NCBI GenBank assembly: GCA_019310785.1 | Contig: JAFDDR010000001.1 | Coordinates: forward strand, 19,988 to 83,987 | DNA length: 64,000 bases | DNA from: Deltaproteobacteria bacterium | Lineage (GTDB): Bacteria; Desulfobacterota; DSM-4660; Desulfatiglandales; Desulfatiglandaceae | Reading direction: 5' to 3' | Shown: positions 38,422 through 48,640 of the stretch, one piece after another | Layout of the letters: each line of letters begins with the position of its first letter | How positions within the stretch are numbered: position 1 is the first letter of the stretch | Notes under the pieces: generated by a model | Databases searched by the model: none | Told to the model about the DNA's origin: nothing | The model's input: only the letters and a program-made list of their open reading frames with translations | Program-made: the position numbers and the translations under genes

Positions 38422-40227
38422 TTACCTCCTCTTATACATGGCCTCGATCAGGTCACCGAATGCCTCATTTATATATTTTCGTTTCACCTTCATGGTCGGC
38501 GTGACTTCGCCATCTTCCTCATAAAGCTTCTTGGGAAGAATAGTGAATTTCTTTACCTGCTCCACACGGGCCAAGGTGTCGTTTACCGCGTCCACCTCGC
38601 CCTGGATAAATTTTATTATCTCCGGACTCTGGGTCAGGTCATTGTATGTGGAGAATTGTATCTTATTATCCTGTGCATATTTGACCACATTGTCCTCATC
38701 GATCATAATCAGGCAACTGATGAATTTCTTCCCATCCCCGATAATGACCGCGTCATTGATATACGGGCCGGCCTTCAGCTTGTTTTCAATATACTGGGGG
38801 GTAATGTTCTTTCCTCCAGCCGTGACAATAATATCCTTTTTCCGGTCCGTGATCTTCAGATACCCGTCCTCATCAATCTCTCCCACGTCACCGGAGTAAA
38901 GCCATCCGTCCTTTATGGCCTCCGCAGTCGCCTCCGGGGCTCCGTAATATCCCTTGAATACTGAGGGAGACTTCACTAATATTTCGCCGTCCTCCGCAAT
39001 TTTGATTTCGGTTCCCGGAAGCGGCGGGCCGACTGTTCCGAACTTCACCTTGTCCATATGAGAGGCACAGGTCACACCAGTGCCCTCTGTCTGACCATAC
39101 CCCTCTATGAGGTTGACTCCCATGGACTGGAAAAAATGAAGCACATCAGGAGAAATAGGGGCTGCCCCGGAATAGGCAACCCTCAGACGTTCAAATCCCA
39201 ATCTCTCCTTTAGTTTTCTGAAAACAGCAAAATAGGCAAGCTTAAAAAGGACTTCGATATAGAAAGGGACCGGCTTGAAATTCATCCTCAGGGTAGCCCG
39301 GCTTTTCCCTATTTTAAGGGCAATGCCAAAAACGAGTTTTTTAAACCAGGTCGCATCCGACATCCGGATATAAACAGCGGAAAGATATTTTTCCCAGATG
39401 CGCGGAACAGCATATCCCACGGTCGGGGATATCTCCCTCATATTATCGGTTACAGTATCCAAACTTTCTATGAAACTGACCGTATAGCCATTTGTTATGT
39501 GCGCAAAGACCGAAAAGAGACGCTCAAAGATATGACACAGGGGCAAAAAAGACATGACTTCATCATCGTCTTCTATCGGGTTATCCATGACAATGGTACG
39601 GCCCATCCATGTGACATTCCTGTGGGTCAGCATGGCCCCTTTTGGGGGACCTGTAGTGCCCGATGTATAGATAAGAACCGAGAGATCCTCTGGTGTTAGC
39701 TCATTCATGCGATTTTCAAACAGGTCGGGATCTTTTTCTACAATTCCTCGACCCATTTCCAGGATATCGTCATAGGTCATGACCATGGGATCCTCAAAAT
39801 GTCTCAAGCCTTCCAGGTCCCAGACAATGACCTTTTCCAGTTTGGGTGCCTTATCCCGGAAATGGAGCCATTTATCCAACTGTTCTTCATTTTCCGCAAA
39901 GAAAAATCTCGATTCCGAATTCTGGATCACATACTCTACCTGGGGCCAGGCGTTTGTGGAATAGACGCCGACCGCAACGCCGCCCACGCATTGGATGCCC
40001 ATGTCTATGATCACCCATTCGGGACAATTATCTCCTATAATGGAGACACAATCTCCCTTTTTCATGCCTATGGATATAAGGGCGGAGCCAACATACTTGG
40101 CGAGCCTGTAATATTCATTCCAGGAGATATCGTGCCAGAGCCCGTATTCCTTTTTGCGCAAGGCCACCCGGTCGCCATATTTTTCGGTGGTCTGTTTAAA
40201 TATCAATGGAACTACTTCAAGAGGCAT
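38422..40227 (-). CDS. AMP-dependent acyl-CoA synthetase (long-chain-fatty-acid--CoA ligase-like)
   Basis: 601 aa with the AMP-binding signature YTSGTTGPPKGA and a GYGQTE motif. Confidence 0.85.
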   Translation of the reverse strand: MPLEVVPLIFKQTTEKYGDRVALRKKEYGLWHDISWNEYYRLAKYVGSALISIGMKKGDCVSIIGDNCPEWVIIDMGIQCVGGVAVGVYSTNAWPQVEYVIQNSESRFFFAENEEQLDKWLHFRDKAPKLEKVIVWDLEGLRHFEDPMVMTYDDILEMGRGIVEKDPDLFENRMNELTPEDLSVLIYTSGTTGPPKGAMLTHRNVTWMGRTIVMDNPIEDDDEVMSFLPLCHIFERLFSVFAHITNGYTVSFIESLDTVTDNMREISPTVGYAVPRIWEKYLSAVYIRMSDATWFKKLVFGIALKIGKSRATLRMNFKPVPFYIEVLFKLAYFAVFRKLKERLGFERLRVAYSGAAPISPDVLHFFQSMGVNLIEGYGQTEGTGVTCASHMDKVKFGTVGPPLPGTEIKIAEDGEILVKSPSVFKGYYGAPEATAEAIKDGWLYSGDVGEIDEDGYLKITDRKKDIIVTAGGKNITPQYIENKLKAGPYINDAVIIGDGKKFISCLIMIDEDNVVKYAQDNKIQFSTYNDLTQSPEIIKFIQGEVDAVNDTLARVEQVKKFTILPKKLYEEDGEVTPTMKVKRKYINEAFGDLIEAMYKRR

Positions 40228-40263
40228 TTTTAATTAATCTCCACATTTTCTTTATAATCAAAT

Positions 40264-40286
40264 ATAAAATTGCGAAGCAATTTTAT
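40264..40286. terminator. AT-rich hairpin between livF-like stop and acyl-CoA synthetase start
   Basis: ATAAAATTGC-gaa-GCAATTTTAT, a 10-bp stem that overlaps the livF-like stop codon. It may act as an attenuator or processing site rather than a full terminator. Confidence 0.35.
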
Positions 40287-41059
40287 CTCCACCTCTTCTT
40301 TCTCTTCCAGCGTTGATACCCTTTGGCCGACTCTTCCGATCTCACGCCAAGATAAAACTCCTGGACATCCTTGTCTTCCATGAGTTCCTTTGCTTTGCCC
40401 TTCATAACGAACCGCCCGTTTTCCAGGATAAGGCCAACATCGGAAATGGTCAGGGCCATGCGGGCGTTCTGTTCCACTAACAAAATCGTGACGCCCTCAT
40501 CATTGACGGTGCTGATGATCTTGAAAATATCCCTGACCAGGATAGGAGAAAGCCCTAAGGAAGGTTCATCGAGAAAAAGGAGCTTGGGCCGATTCATGAG
40601 GGCCCGGCCAATGGCCAACATCTGCTGCTCACCGCCGGAAAGTGTCCCTGCCCACTGGTCCTCTCTATCTTTCAGGACAGGGAAATACCCGTATATCCGT
40701 TCAAAATCCTTTTTTATGCCTGCTCGATCTTTTCTTATGTAGGCCCCCATGAGCAGGTTTTCCCGGACACTAAGCTCCTCGAAGACCTCTCTCCCCTCGG
40801 GCACATAAGAGATTCCCCTTCTCACAATCACTTCAGGGTCTTTTCCATCAATCCTTTTGCCCATGAATTCTATTGTACCCTTATCCGGCTGATCATCCAA
40901 GAGGCCCATAACGGTTTTCAGGACAGTGGACTTTCCTGCCCCGTTGTTTCCTAAGACCGCCGTGATGGTCCCTTCTTCCACGGAAAGGGATACACCTCGC
41001 AGGGCATAAATCAGAGTATAAAACGTCTCTATATTTTTTATCTCAAGCAGCGCGCTCAT
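40283..41059 (-). CDS. ABC transporter ATP-binding protein (LivF-like)
   Basis: Walker A GNNGAGKST, signature LSGGEQQ and Walker B LLFLDEP. Confidence 0.88.
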   Translation of the reverse strand: MSALLEIKNIETFYTLIYALRGVSLSVEEGTITAVLGNNGAGKSTVLKTVMGLLDDQPDKGTIEFMGKRIDGKDPEVIVRRGISYVPEGREVFEELSVRENLLMGAYIRKDRAGIKKDFERIYGYFPVLKDREDQWAGTLSGGEQQMLAIGRALMNRPKLLFLDEPSLGLSPILVRDIFKIISTVNDEGVTILLVEQNARMALTISDVGLILENGRFVMKGKAKELMEDKDVQEFYLGVRSEESAKGYQRWKRKKRWR

Positions 41060-41061
41060 CT

Positions 41062-41850
41062 TTATTCTATATCATCCTCTCCTAAGTAGGCCTTCAGTAC
41101 TTCAGGGTGTTTCTGTACCTCTTCAGGGTTTCCTTCCATAATGGGTTTGCCGAAATTAATGGCCAGGATGCGGTCTGATATGTCCATGACCATCTTCATG
41201 TCGTGCTCGATCAACAGGATCGTGACCCCGAGTTCATCCTGGATGTCCTTTACCCAGAATATCAGATCTTGCTTCTCCTCGGAGTTCATGCCCGCTGAGG
41301 GTTCGTCAAGAAGAAGCAATTTCGGTTCCAATGCTAAGGCCCTCCCTAACTCAACCAATTTCTGGGTCCCGTAAGGGAGCCCCCCCACAAATTGATTTCT
41401 GGCGGCCTGGAGATCCAAAAGGTCAATGATATGCTCCACCCGCTCCCTGTGTTTTATCTCATCTTTAGCCGCACTGGAGCCTCTCCTGAAAAATGTGGCC
41501 CCTGTCCAGATACCGGTTTTCATATGGATGTGACGGCCTAACATCAGGTTCTCCATAACAGTCATCCTGGAGAAGAGTTCAATGTTCTGAAAGGTCCTGG
41601 AAATCCCTTTCTGGGCAATCCTGTGGGGTTTGAGGCCTATGATATCCTCACCCCTGAAATAAATTGCCCCTGAATCAGGTTTATAAAGGCCGCTTATACA
41701 GTTAAAAATCGTAGTCTTGCCGGCCCCATTGGGTCCGATAATGGAAAAGATAGAACCGGGTTTCACATTAATGCTGACCCTGTCCACTGCCACGAGGCCG
41801 CCAAAGGTGATGGTCAAGTTTTCAATGGAGAAAAAATTGTCATTTGACAT
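41062..41850 (-). CDS. ABC transporter ATP-binding protein (LivG-like)
   Basis: Walker A GPNGAGKTT, Walker B LLLLDEP and a LivG-type C-terminus. Confidence 0.88.
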   Translation of the reverse strand: MSNDNFFSIENLTITFGGLVAVDRVSINVKPGSIFSIIGPNGAGKTTIFNCISGLYKPDSGAIYFRGEDIIGLKPHRIAQKGISRTFQNIELFSRMTVMENLMLGRHIHMKTGIWTGATFFRRGSSAAKDEIKHRERVEHIIDLLDLQAARNQFVGGLPYGTQKLVELGRALALEPKLLLLDEPSAGMNSEEKQDLIFWVKDIQDELGVTILLIEHDMKMVMDISDRILAINFGKPIMEGNPEEVQKHPEVLKAYLGEDDIE

Positions 41851-41976
41851 TGATCATTTGTCCGTTAATAGTAACATAATTATACGTTTCCGAAATTGGT
41901 CCGACAGTCATGGTCAGTCTGACAGGCAGGCACGATGGCCTGCCCTACTTCCGACATCTGATCTCTGAGCTCTGTT

Positions 41977-42834
41977 TTACACTTTCCTCACATAATGCCT
42001 CGCAAACAACCCGCTCGGCTTAAAACAGAGGACCAGTACAATAATTCCAAAGGCCACAATCGACTTAAACTCAAGGGAGACATAGCCGCCAAAAAGGTTT
42101 TCGATAACACCCAATGCCGCGCCGACCAGGGTGGTCATACCGCCTAACACTGCCGCGGCAAAACCTTTCAAAAGTGGATCTAACATGAGATTCGGATCTA
42201 ATGTGGCAATGGGAGCCAATAAAATGCCGGCCACTGCACCGATCATAGAGCTCATTGCCCATGTGATGGAGAGTATCCTGTTTGTACGAATCCCATTGAT
42301 GCGGGCTGCCGTGGCGTTCTGCTGGGTCGCTTTCATGGCAATTCCCACCTTTGTGTATTTGAAAAACAAAAAAAGGATAAACATCAACGCAAGCGTAATG
42401 AGAAGCGTGGCAATATTCAAATAACTGATCACGGCAGACCCGAGATGGATGACATCAAAATCGGACACCGGAAAAGGGAGGTCTTTCTGATCAGCCCCCC
42501 ATTTCCAGCTCGCCAGTCCGTAAAGGATCATCTGAAAGCCTAATGTGATGAGAATGAGGCTCAGGATGTTGGGGTCCTTGGCCCTCCTTAAAAAGACAAA
42601 TTCCAGAAATATTCCCAGGGCCGCGGCAAAGACAAGGGCGCCGATAAAAGAAACCGCAAAGGAGTATTCGTGGGTCACAAGAAGCGTGTAAGCCACGAAG
42701 GTGGATAGCATGGCCATTTCACCCTGGCCGAAGTTGGGGACCTCCGAGGTCTTGTAAATGATAACCATGGCAAGGGCAATCAGGGCATATAAGCTTCCAA
42801 AGGAAAGGCCGCTGACGATGAGCTGGAGGAACAT
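41977..42834 (-). CDS. branched-chain amino acid-type ABC permease (LivH-like)
   Basis: 285-aa polytopic protein starting MFLQLIVSGLSFGSLYALIALAMV, typical of LivH. Confidence 0.85.
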   Translation of the reverse strand: MFLQLIVSGLSFGSLYALIALAMVIIYKTSEVPNFGQGEMAMLSTFVAYTLLVTHEYSFAVSFIGALVFAAALGIFLEFVFLRRAKDPNILSLILITLGFQMILYGLASWKWGADQKDLPFPVSDFDVIHLGSAVISYLNIATLLITLALMFILFLFFKYTKVGIAMKATQQNATAARINGIRTNRILSITWAMSSMIGAVAGILLAPIATLDPNLMLDPLLKGFAAAVLGGMTTLVGAALGVIENLFGGYVSLEFKSIVAFGIIVLVLCFKPSGLFARHYVRKV

Positions 42835-42930
42835 TCGAGTACCTCAAAATGAAAACAAGAAAACCCTATTCTAAAAAGCTAAAAACACTTTCTTTGCTCG
42901 CAACCCGTAACCAGCAACCCGCAACATCTT

Positions 42931-43980
42931 TTAAAACGGCCATGTCTTCCAGTAGATCTTGGTCCTTATCCAGAAGCCAAACAGGCCAAGGGGTTCAAAT
43001 ACCACGAGCAAAACTACAATCAGGCCGAAAATAATGCTTGCTATATTGGGAAGACCGCTCAAGGTCATCCAGTTCTCTGAAAATGATATCAAAACGGTCC
43101 CGAGGTAAGGAAGTTCCTGGACCTTATCCAGAACCAGCAAGAGCCAGGTCATGACTATCCCACCCATAATAGAACCAAAGATAGATCCCAATCCCCCTAC
43201 AATCACAAACGCTAAAAAATAGATGGAAAGGATAAAGTTAAAGGTGCTTGGATTTATAAAGCCTAAGAGAAAAGCGAATAAACCTCCCGCGATGCCCGCA
43301 TAAAAGGCACTGACCGCAAAGGCTAAGGTCTTGTAAAAAACCAGGTTGACACCCATGGTTTCGGCGGCGATGTCGCTGTCCCTTATGGCAATAAAGGCCC
43401 GTCCAACCCTTGTTTTCATCAGGTTCCGGGCCGCCAGGATCAGGAGAAATGCAATGGAGACGATCAAGAAATAGAGCTGCCTGTCACTCTCAAGGACATA
43501 GGGTCCGAAACTGAGGTCTGGGGTCTCAAGGCCCATCCTTCCACCAAAGACCTGCCAGCGGCCGATCACCTGGGTGATGGCCATGCCGAATCCCAATGTG
43601 GCAATGGCAAGATACGGCCCTTCCAGCCTCAGGGCCGGCAGGCCCAGGACAAAACCGAAAAAGGCTGCAATAAAGGCGGCCACTACAATGGCTAAGAGAA
43701 AGGGAAGATGCAAAGCGGTCATCAAAAGGACGGTCCCATAGGCGCCAATGGCGAAAAAACCTGCATGGCCCAGGGATATCTGTCCCGTATAACCCACAAG
43801 GATGTTCAATCCCACGGTGACAATGACATTGATGGCCATGTAGTTGGCCATGTAGATATAATAGTTGGGGGCAATGAGGGGAAAGGTGATCAACGCGGCA
43901 ATCAACATCAGGAACCAGAACCAGAGGACCTTACTGTCTAACAGTTGAATATCCTCATAATAGTCTCTCTTCATGTCCAT
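42931..43980 (-). CDS. branched-chain amino acid-type ABC permease (LivM-like)
   Basis: 349-aa polytopic protein with the GQISLGHAGFFAIGAY motif typical of LivM. Confidence 0.85.
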   Translation of the reverse strand: MDMKRDYYEDIQLLDSKVLWFWFLMLIAALITFPLIAPNYYIYMANYMAINVIVTVGLNILVGYTGQISLGHAGFFAIGAYGTVLLMTALHLPFLLAIVVAAFIAAFFGFVLGLPALRLEGPYLAIATLGFGMAITQVIGRWQVFGGRMGLETPDLSFGPYVLESDRQLYFLIVSIAFLLILAARNLMKTRVGRAFIAIRDSDIAAETMGVNLVFYKTLAFAVSAFYAGIAGGLFAFLLGFINPSTFNFILSIYFLAFVIVGGLGSIFGSIMGGIVMTWLLLVLDKVQELPYLGTVLISFSENWMTLSGLPNIASIIFGLIVVLLVVFEPLGLFGFWIRTKIYWKTWPF

Positions 43981-44024
43981 GGTCTGGTTCTCCTAACATC
44001 CAGGCGTATGTATATCTCTTAAAA

Positions 44025-44399
44025 TCATTTCTGAGCCATTTTGTCAACTAACTTGCCATAATATATTTCCGTTTCCGCCAAAAGAGGAGAAGATCCCCTC
44101 CCCATCATGTTCAACTGCAGGATTTTGTAATTTATCCGTTTGATTTGACGGTACTTTTCCTTTTCATCCGGGATTTTTTCCAGCATATCCTCCATTTGCC
44201 TGATTTCCTTTTTCAGCGCAAGTTCGGGCGGAAGGCAATCCGCATTTTTTAAAATCTTATAGGCCAGTCGAAGGTCCTCGGGGACATGGCTGTCATCTTC
44301 AACATTAAGAGGTTCGCCACTGCCCGGAAGTTCATCAAACTCCCCCCTCTTTTGTGCCTCTTTAATCCTCTTTTCTATGATTTTCTGAAAACCTAACAT
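44025..44399 (-). CDS. DUF1992 (DnaJC28-like) domain protein
   Basis: IEKRIKEAQKRGEFDELPGSGEPL...PEDLRLAYKILKNADCLPPE matches the DUF1992 pattern as I remember it. Confidence 0.65.
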   Translation of the reverse strand: MLGFQKIIEKRIKEAQKRGEFDELPGSGEPLNVEDDSHVPEDLRLAYKILKNADCLPPELALKKEIRQMEDMLEKIPDEKEKYRQIKRINYKILQLNMMGRGSSPLLAETEIYYGKLVDKMAQK

Positions 44400-44513
44400 A
44401 ATTTGGCAACCCGGCTAAACCAAAAACAGTCACACTCCTAATATACGATTAATATCATCATTTCAAGTCTAATATATGCCCCTCCGGAAATGACTAATTT
44501 TTACATTTTTTCC

Positions 44514-44560
44514 TTGACATGTTTATATCTTTTAGATATATATCATTTAAGTATATATCT
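44514..44560 (+). promoter_or_regulatory. putative padR promoter with PadR-type palindromic operator
   Basis: TTGACA (44514-44519), a 17-nt spacer, then TATATA (44537-44542). The inverted repeat TATATCT (44524-44530) and AGATATA (44534-44540) overlaps the -10 element. A third TATATCT half-site lies at 44554-44560. Confidence 0.5.
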
Positions 44561-44573
44561 AAATGAGAGAGTT

Positions 44574-45134
44574 ATGAAAGAGAGCAAGAGCAAATACGCC
44601 GTTATGGGCATCCTTAGTATAGGTCCTGTGTCAGGCTATGACATAAAAAAGAAGTTCGAAAAAAGTCTCTCTTATTTTTGGAGTGAAAGCTATGGCCAGA
44701 TATATCCCATTCTCAAACGCCTGGCCACAGAAGGGCTCGCCATTAGATCAATCCAAAAGCAGACGGGCAAACCGGACCGTCACATCTACGCGTTGACGGA
44801 CAAAGGACGAAAAGCGTTAAGAGAATGGATGATCCGGCCCGTCGGGCGCCTGATAGGACGCCATGAAATTCTATTGAAGCTCTTTTTTGGGCACCAGGTT
44901 TCGCTGGAGGATAACATCCGTCAGGTAGAACACTTCCGGGAACTTCAGTCTGAAAAGCTGAAAGAAATAATAGCCTCTGAAGAGATGCTGAAAACTGATT
45001 ACAAGGACAACCCCAACCTAACCTACTGGCTGATGACTTTAAGATACGGGCAGTATATAAACAGGGCATATCTTCGGTGGTGTGATGAGACCCTGGCTAT
45101 ACTTAAAGGGATGGAGCAGGAAGCGGGGGCATGA
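44574..45134 (+). CDS. PadR-family transcriptional regulator
   Basis: KYAVMGILSIGPVSGYDIKKKFEKSLSYFWSESYGQIYPILKRL winged-helix region. The ATG at 44574 is preferred over the track start. Confidence 0.85.
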   Translation: MKESKSKYAVMGILSIGPVSGYDIKKKFEKSLSYFWSESYGQIYPILKRLATEGLAIRSIQKQTGKPDRHIYALTDKGRKALREWMIRPVGRLIGRHEILLKLFFGHQVSLEDNIRQVEHFRELQSEKLKEIIASEEMLKTDYKDNPNLTYWLMTLRYGQYINRAYLRWCDETLAILKGMEQEAGA

Positions 45135-45294
45135 ACGTGCTCTTATTGTAATCCGCCCTGGTCTGCCAATATTTGCTGACGACATACAGAAAGTAAAAGA
45201 CGGTTGGAAGTTGCTATTGGATAAGGGTGCGAAGATGGTTTATCCCGCGCATGGAAATCCTTTTTCCGCTAAAATAATGCAAAAGGTTTTATAG
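45082..45294 (+). pseudogene. possible C-terminal remnant of an MBL-fold hydrolase
   Basis: Only the tail ...KLLLDKGAKMVYPAHGNPF resembles the end of MBL-fold hydrolases. The ORF begins inside padR in another frame and has no N-terminal domain. Confidence 0.25.
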
Positions 45295-45431
45295 CCTTTT
45301 TAAACAAACCTGCATACCGATGAAAACAGATTAGCTTGGATTATAAGATATTTTAAAATCCTTTTTTTTATCTGCGAAAATCTGTGTCCCGAAAAACATG
45401 TTCATAAAACCATATAAGAAAGGAGATTGAA

Positions 45432-46310
45432 ATGGAAATTAATATTAATGTGGAAACTTGTATTCAATGTTTTCTGTGTACTGCTGTTTGTCCTTTTAAA
45501 ATATTCGAAAAAAATGAATCAGAACAAGCTTCTATAAACAATGACAGAATGGCATTTTGTGTGAAATGCGGTCATTGTATGGCAATTTGCAAATCAAAAT
45601 CGATTACTATCAAAGGGCTGTCATACGACGATAATTTCCATGACCTTCAGGAAACCAATATCGATTTGGACAGCTTTATAAACTTCCTGGCAAATCGCAG
45701 GTCAATAAGAAATTTCAAAGATAAGGAAATTCCAAAAGAAATATTAAATAACATAATAGATGCTACTTCGTATGCACCGTATGGCGGATCACCAAGGAAT
45801 CTGATGATTACAGTTGTTCAAAACAAAGAAATATTAGACAAAACCTTAACCTTAATGTCTAATTTCTACGATAACCTGGTTAAGTGGTTAAAGAACCCTA
45901 TTGCCCGGTATATGATCAAACGTAACGTAACCCAGGAAACCTTTAACACATTGACACATCACATATTACCAGCCGCAGAAAAGGGGTATTATAACACAAA
46001 GTCCGGGAATGACAATATCATGAGAAATGCTTCGGCAGTATTGATTATTCACGCAAACATAGGCGCTGAAGAACATACTCATGATGCGATTATCTGTATC
46101 ACCTATGCAATGTTGGCCGCCCATTCATTTGGACTTGGAGCAACTATAATTGGACTGATACCGCCGGCCATAAACAAGGTTAAAAAACTAAAAGAACTTT
46201 TTCAAATCCCGGAAGAAAATGAAGCGGTCATGTCTCTTATTCTCGGATATCCCAAGTATAAGTATAAAAGAACCATAAAAAGAGGAAAAAGGGAAATCAA
46301 CTGGATTTGA
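45432..46310 (+). CDS. nitroreductase-family protein with N-terminal 2x[4Fe-4S] ferredoxin domain
   Basis: CIQCFLCTAVCP and CVKCGHCMAIC motifs are followed by a nitroreductase fold (RRSIRNFKDKEIP). Confidence 0.8.
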   Translation: MEININVETCIQCFLCTAVCPFKIFEKNESEQASINNDRMAFCVKCGHCMAICKSKSITIKGLSYDDNFHDLQETNIDLDSFINFLANRRSIRNFKDKEIPKEILNNIIDATSYAPYGGSPRNLMITVVQNKEILDKTLTLMSNFYDNLVKWLKNPIARYMIKRNVTQETFNTLTHHILPAAEKGYYNTKSGNDNIMRNASAVLIIHANIGAEEHTHDAIICITYAMLAAHSFGLGATIIGLIPPAINKVKKLKELFQIPEENEAVMSLILGYPKYKYKRTIKRGKREINWI

Positions 46311-46314
46311 TTTT

Positions 46315-47679
46315 ATGAAAATGACCGCTCGCATCGATCTTACCAAAGGTTCCATTCCAAAGCAATTACTCAGGCTCTCCGGTCCCATTGCTTTTTCTAT
46401 GATCATGTTCACGCTCTATCTCATGGCAGACCTCTATTTTGTGGGTCGTTTGGGGCCTGACGCTGTGGCCGCGGTTTCCATTTCAGGGAATGCCTTCTTT
46501 GTGATCTTAGGCCTCTCATTTGTCCTCGGGATCGGGGGCATGGCCCTTATTTCACAGGCGTTTGGAAGAAGGGACTATGAAGAAGCAGCAAAGGTATATA
46601 AGCAGAGTCTCATTCTCGCCATCTTAGTTGGTATCGCCTCATCTATTACGGGTTTGGCCATTGCGCATCCTTACATCGCCTTTTTTGGCGGAACAGGGCA
46701 GTCTTTGGAGTGGGGAGTAGAATATTTCAGGGTCTTTTCCATATCATTTTTCTTTGTACTTATACTTCATGTAATAGGCGCCTGTTACCGGGGCATGGGA
46801 GATACAAAGACACCCATGATCATAATGGTCCAATCCACGATCCTTAACATTATCTTGGATCCTCTCCTGATCTTCGGCCTTCTCGGTTTCCCTCGTCTCG
46901 GTGTGCGAGGGGCAGCCATCGCCTCACTTTTGTCCCAGCTTATTGCTCTTGCAATCTATATCTATATGATCTTAATAAGAGGTCAACATCTGAAGATAAA
47001 AGGACCCTGGCGCCTGGACCTGAGCATCATCAAAAGGAGTCTTTCTATTGGGCTTCCTTCGGGTTTGACCTATTTTCTGCTTGCCCTCAACATGTTAATA
47101 ACATACCGGGTCGTGAGCGTATTCGGGACACCGGCCTTGGCCTCCATAGGGATTGGGTTCCGTATTCTCCAGGCCATATATATGCCGGTGGTGGCCGTTA
47201 CTTCTGCCATGGCAGCGATCGTTGGTCAAAACTATGGAGCAGGGAAACAGTCAAGGATAACCACTACCCTCTGGACAGGGTGGGCGATTTCCTGTGGAAT
47301 TATGATATCAGGAACCGTTTTATGCCGGATTTTTCCGGGCATTTTAATCGGAGTATTCAGCAATGATAAAAGTGTCATTCACTACGGAGTTATTTATCTC
47401 ACGATCATGTCATTAGGGACCGTGATCGTAGGAACTATCATGACCATGTCTGCCGTGTTTCAGGGTTTTGGTAAAACCTATCCCATTTTTATTGCCGCAG
47501 TCTTTGACAATGTCCTTTTTGCATGCCTGGTCTTTACATTGCCGGGACTTTTCGGATGGGGAATCCAGTCTGTCTGGTGGATTAAGCTGGCCACTGCAGG
47601 TATTGAAATGTTTCTTATCGCAGAATGGCTCAGGAGGTATTTTCAGATAATCCGACTAAAGCTGGTGGTTATACTTTAG
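46315..47679 (+). CDS. MATE-family efflux transporter
   Basis: 454 aa with 12 predicted TM segments and a MATE-type N-terminus (LTKGSIPKQLLRLSGPIAFSMI). Confidence 0.85.
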   Translation: MKMTARIDLTKGSIPKQLLRLSGPIAFSMIMFTLYLMADLYFVGRLGPDAVAAVSISGNAFFVILGLSFVLGIGGMALISQAFGRRDYEEAAKVYKQSLILAILVGIASSITGLAIAHPYIAFFGGTGQSLEWGVEYFRVFSISFFFVLILHVIGACYRGMGDTKTPMIIMVQSTILNIILDPLLIFGLLGFPRLGVRGAAIASLLSQLIALAIYIYMILIRGQHLKIKGPWRLDLSIIKRSLSIGLPSGLTYFLLALNMLITYRVVSVFGTPALASIGIGFRILQAIYMPVVAVTSAMAAIVGQNYGAGKQSRITTTLWTGWAISCGIMISGTVLCRIFPGILIGVFSNDKSVIHYGVIYLTIMSLGTVIVGTIMTMSAVFQGFGKTYPIFIAAVFDNVLFACLVFTLPGLFGWGIQSVWWIKLATAGIEMFLIAEWLRRYFQIIRLKLVVIL

Positions 47680-47749
47680 CTCTTTGCAAGGGTGAGGCAT
47701 TTTTCAAACAGCTAAAATATTATAGCTGGTGTAATCGGAGGTTTAGTAA

Positions 47750-48634
47750 ATGGAGAAGCGATTCGGGCCTGTGTTGTTCATTCCCGGTGAAAAGGGCGGG
47801 AGGTATCCATATTGTCATTCTCTGTATATTGAGGCGAATCTACGGGTGATTATTGATCCGGCCTCCGACCGGGAGCGGCTAAAGGAACTTTTAGACGGAC
47901 CTGGTGTTGATGCGGCCTGGTTGTCCCATTATCACGAAGACCATCTCATGCACCTGGACTTGTTCGAGGACCGGGAGATATGGGTCTCGGATCGTGATGC
48001 CCCTGCGCTTGAAGACCTGGAGTGTTTCCTGGATTTCTATGGGATGACCACTGAGAAGGAGCGGGAATACTGGAGACAGGTCATGCGGGAACAGTTTCAC
48101 TACAAATCCCGACGGGCTGCAAGGTTGTTCCGTGAGGAGGAGATCATTGACTTAGGCGGAGTGACGGTTGAAGTCATCCCCACACCCGGTCACACGGCAG
48201 GACATTGCGCCTTCTTTTTTCGTGAGCCGGGTGTACTCTTCTTAGGGGACTATGACCTGGCCCCCTTCGGTCCCTGGTATGGAGATGTTGTCTCGGACAT
48301 CGAGGCCACCATAGCATCAATAAACCGGCTCCGCACCGTACCGGCTCGAGTCTGGATAGCGGCGCACGAACATGGAGTCTTTGAATCAGATCCCGGGAAA
48401 TTATGGGACCGCTACTTAGGCGTCATTGATGAACGGGAGGCAAAGCTGTTAGACTTTTTGGCCGTACCGAGAAAGATGGATGAGGTAGTCGAGGCAAGGA
48501 TACTGTACGGTAAAAAGCGAGAACCCAAGGAGTTCTATGACTTTGGCGAACGATCCAATATGGGTAAACACCTGGAAAGGCTCATGCAACAAGGCGTGGT
48601 TATTCGTGAAGAAGATGCCTATCGTCGGGTTTGA
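47750..48634 (+). CDS. MBL-fold metallo-hydrolase
   Basis: HYHEDH metal-binding motif and a downstream TPGHTAGH. Confidence 0.8.
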   Translation: MEKRFGPVLFIPGEKGGRYPYCHSLYIEANLRVIIDPASDRERLKELLDGPGVDAAWLSHYHEDHLMHLDLFEDREIWVSDRDAPALEDLECFLDFYGMTTEKEREYWRQVMREQFHYKSRRAARLFREEEIIDLGGVTVEVIPTPGHTAGHCAFFFREPGVLFLGDYDLAPFGPWYGDVVSDIEATIASINRLRTVPARVWIAAHEHGVFESDPGKLWDRYLGVIDEREAKLLDFLAVPRKMDEVVEARILYGKKREPKEFYDFGERSNMGKHLERLMQQGVVIREEDAYRRV

Positions 48635-48640
48635 GGGAAA

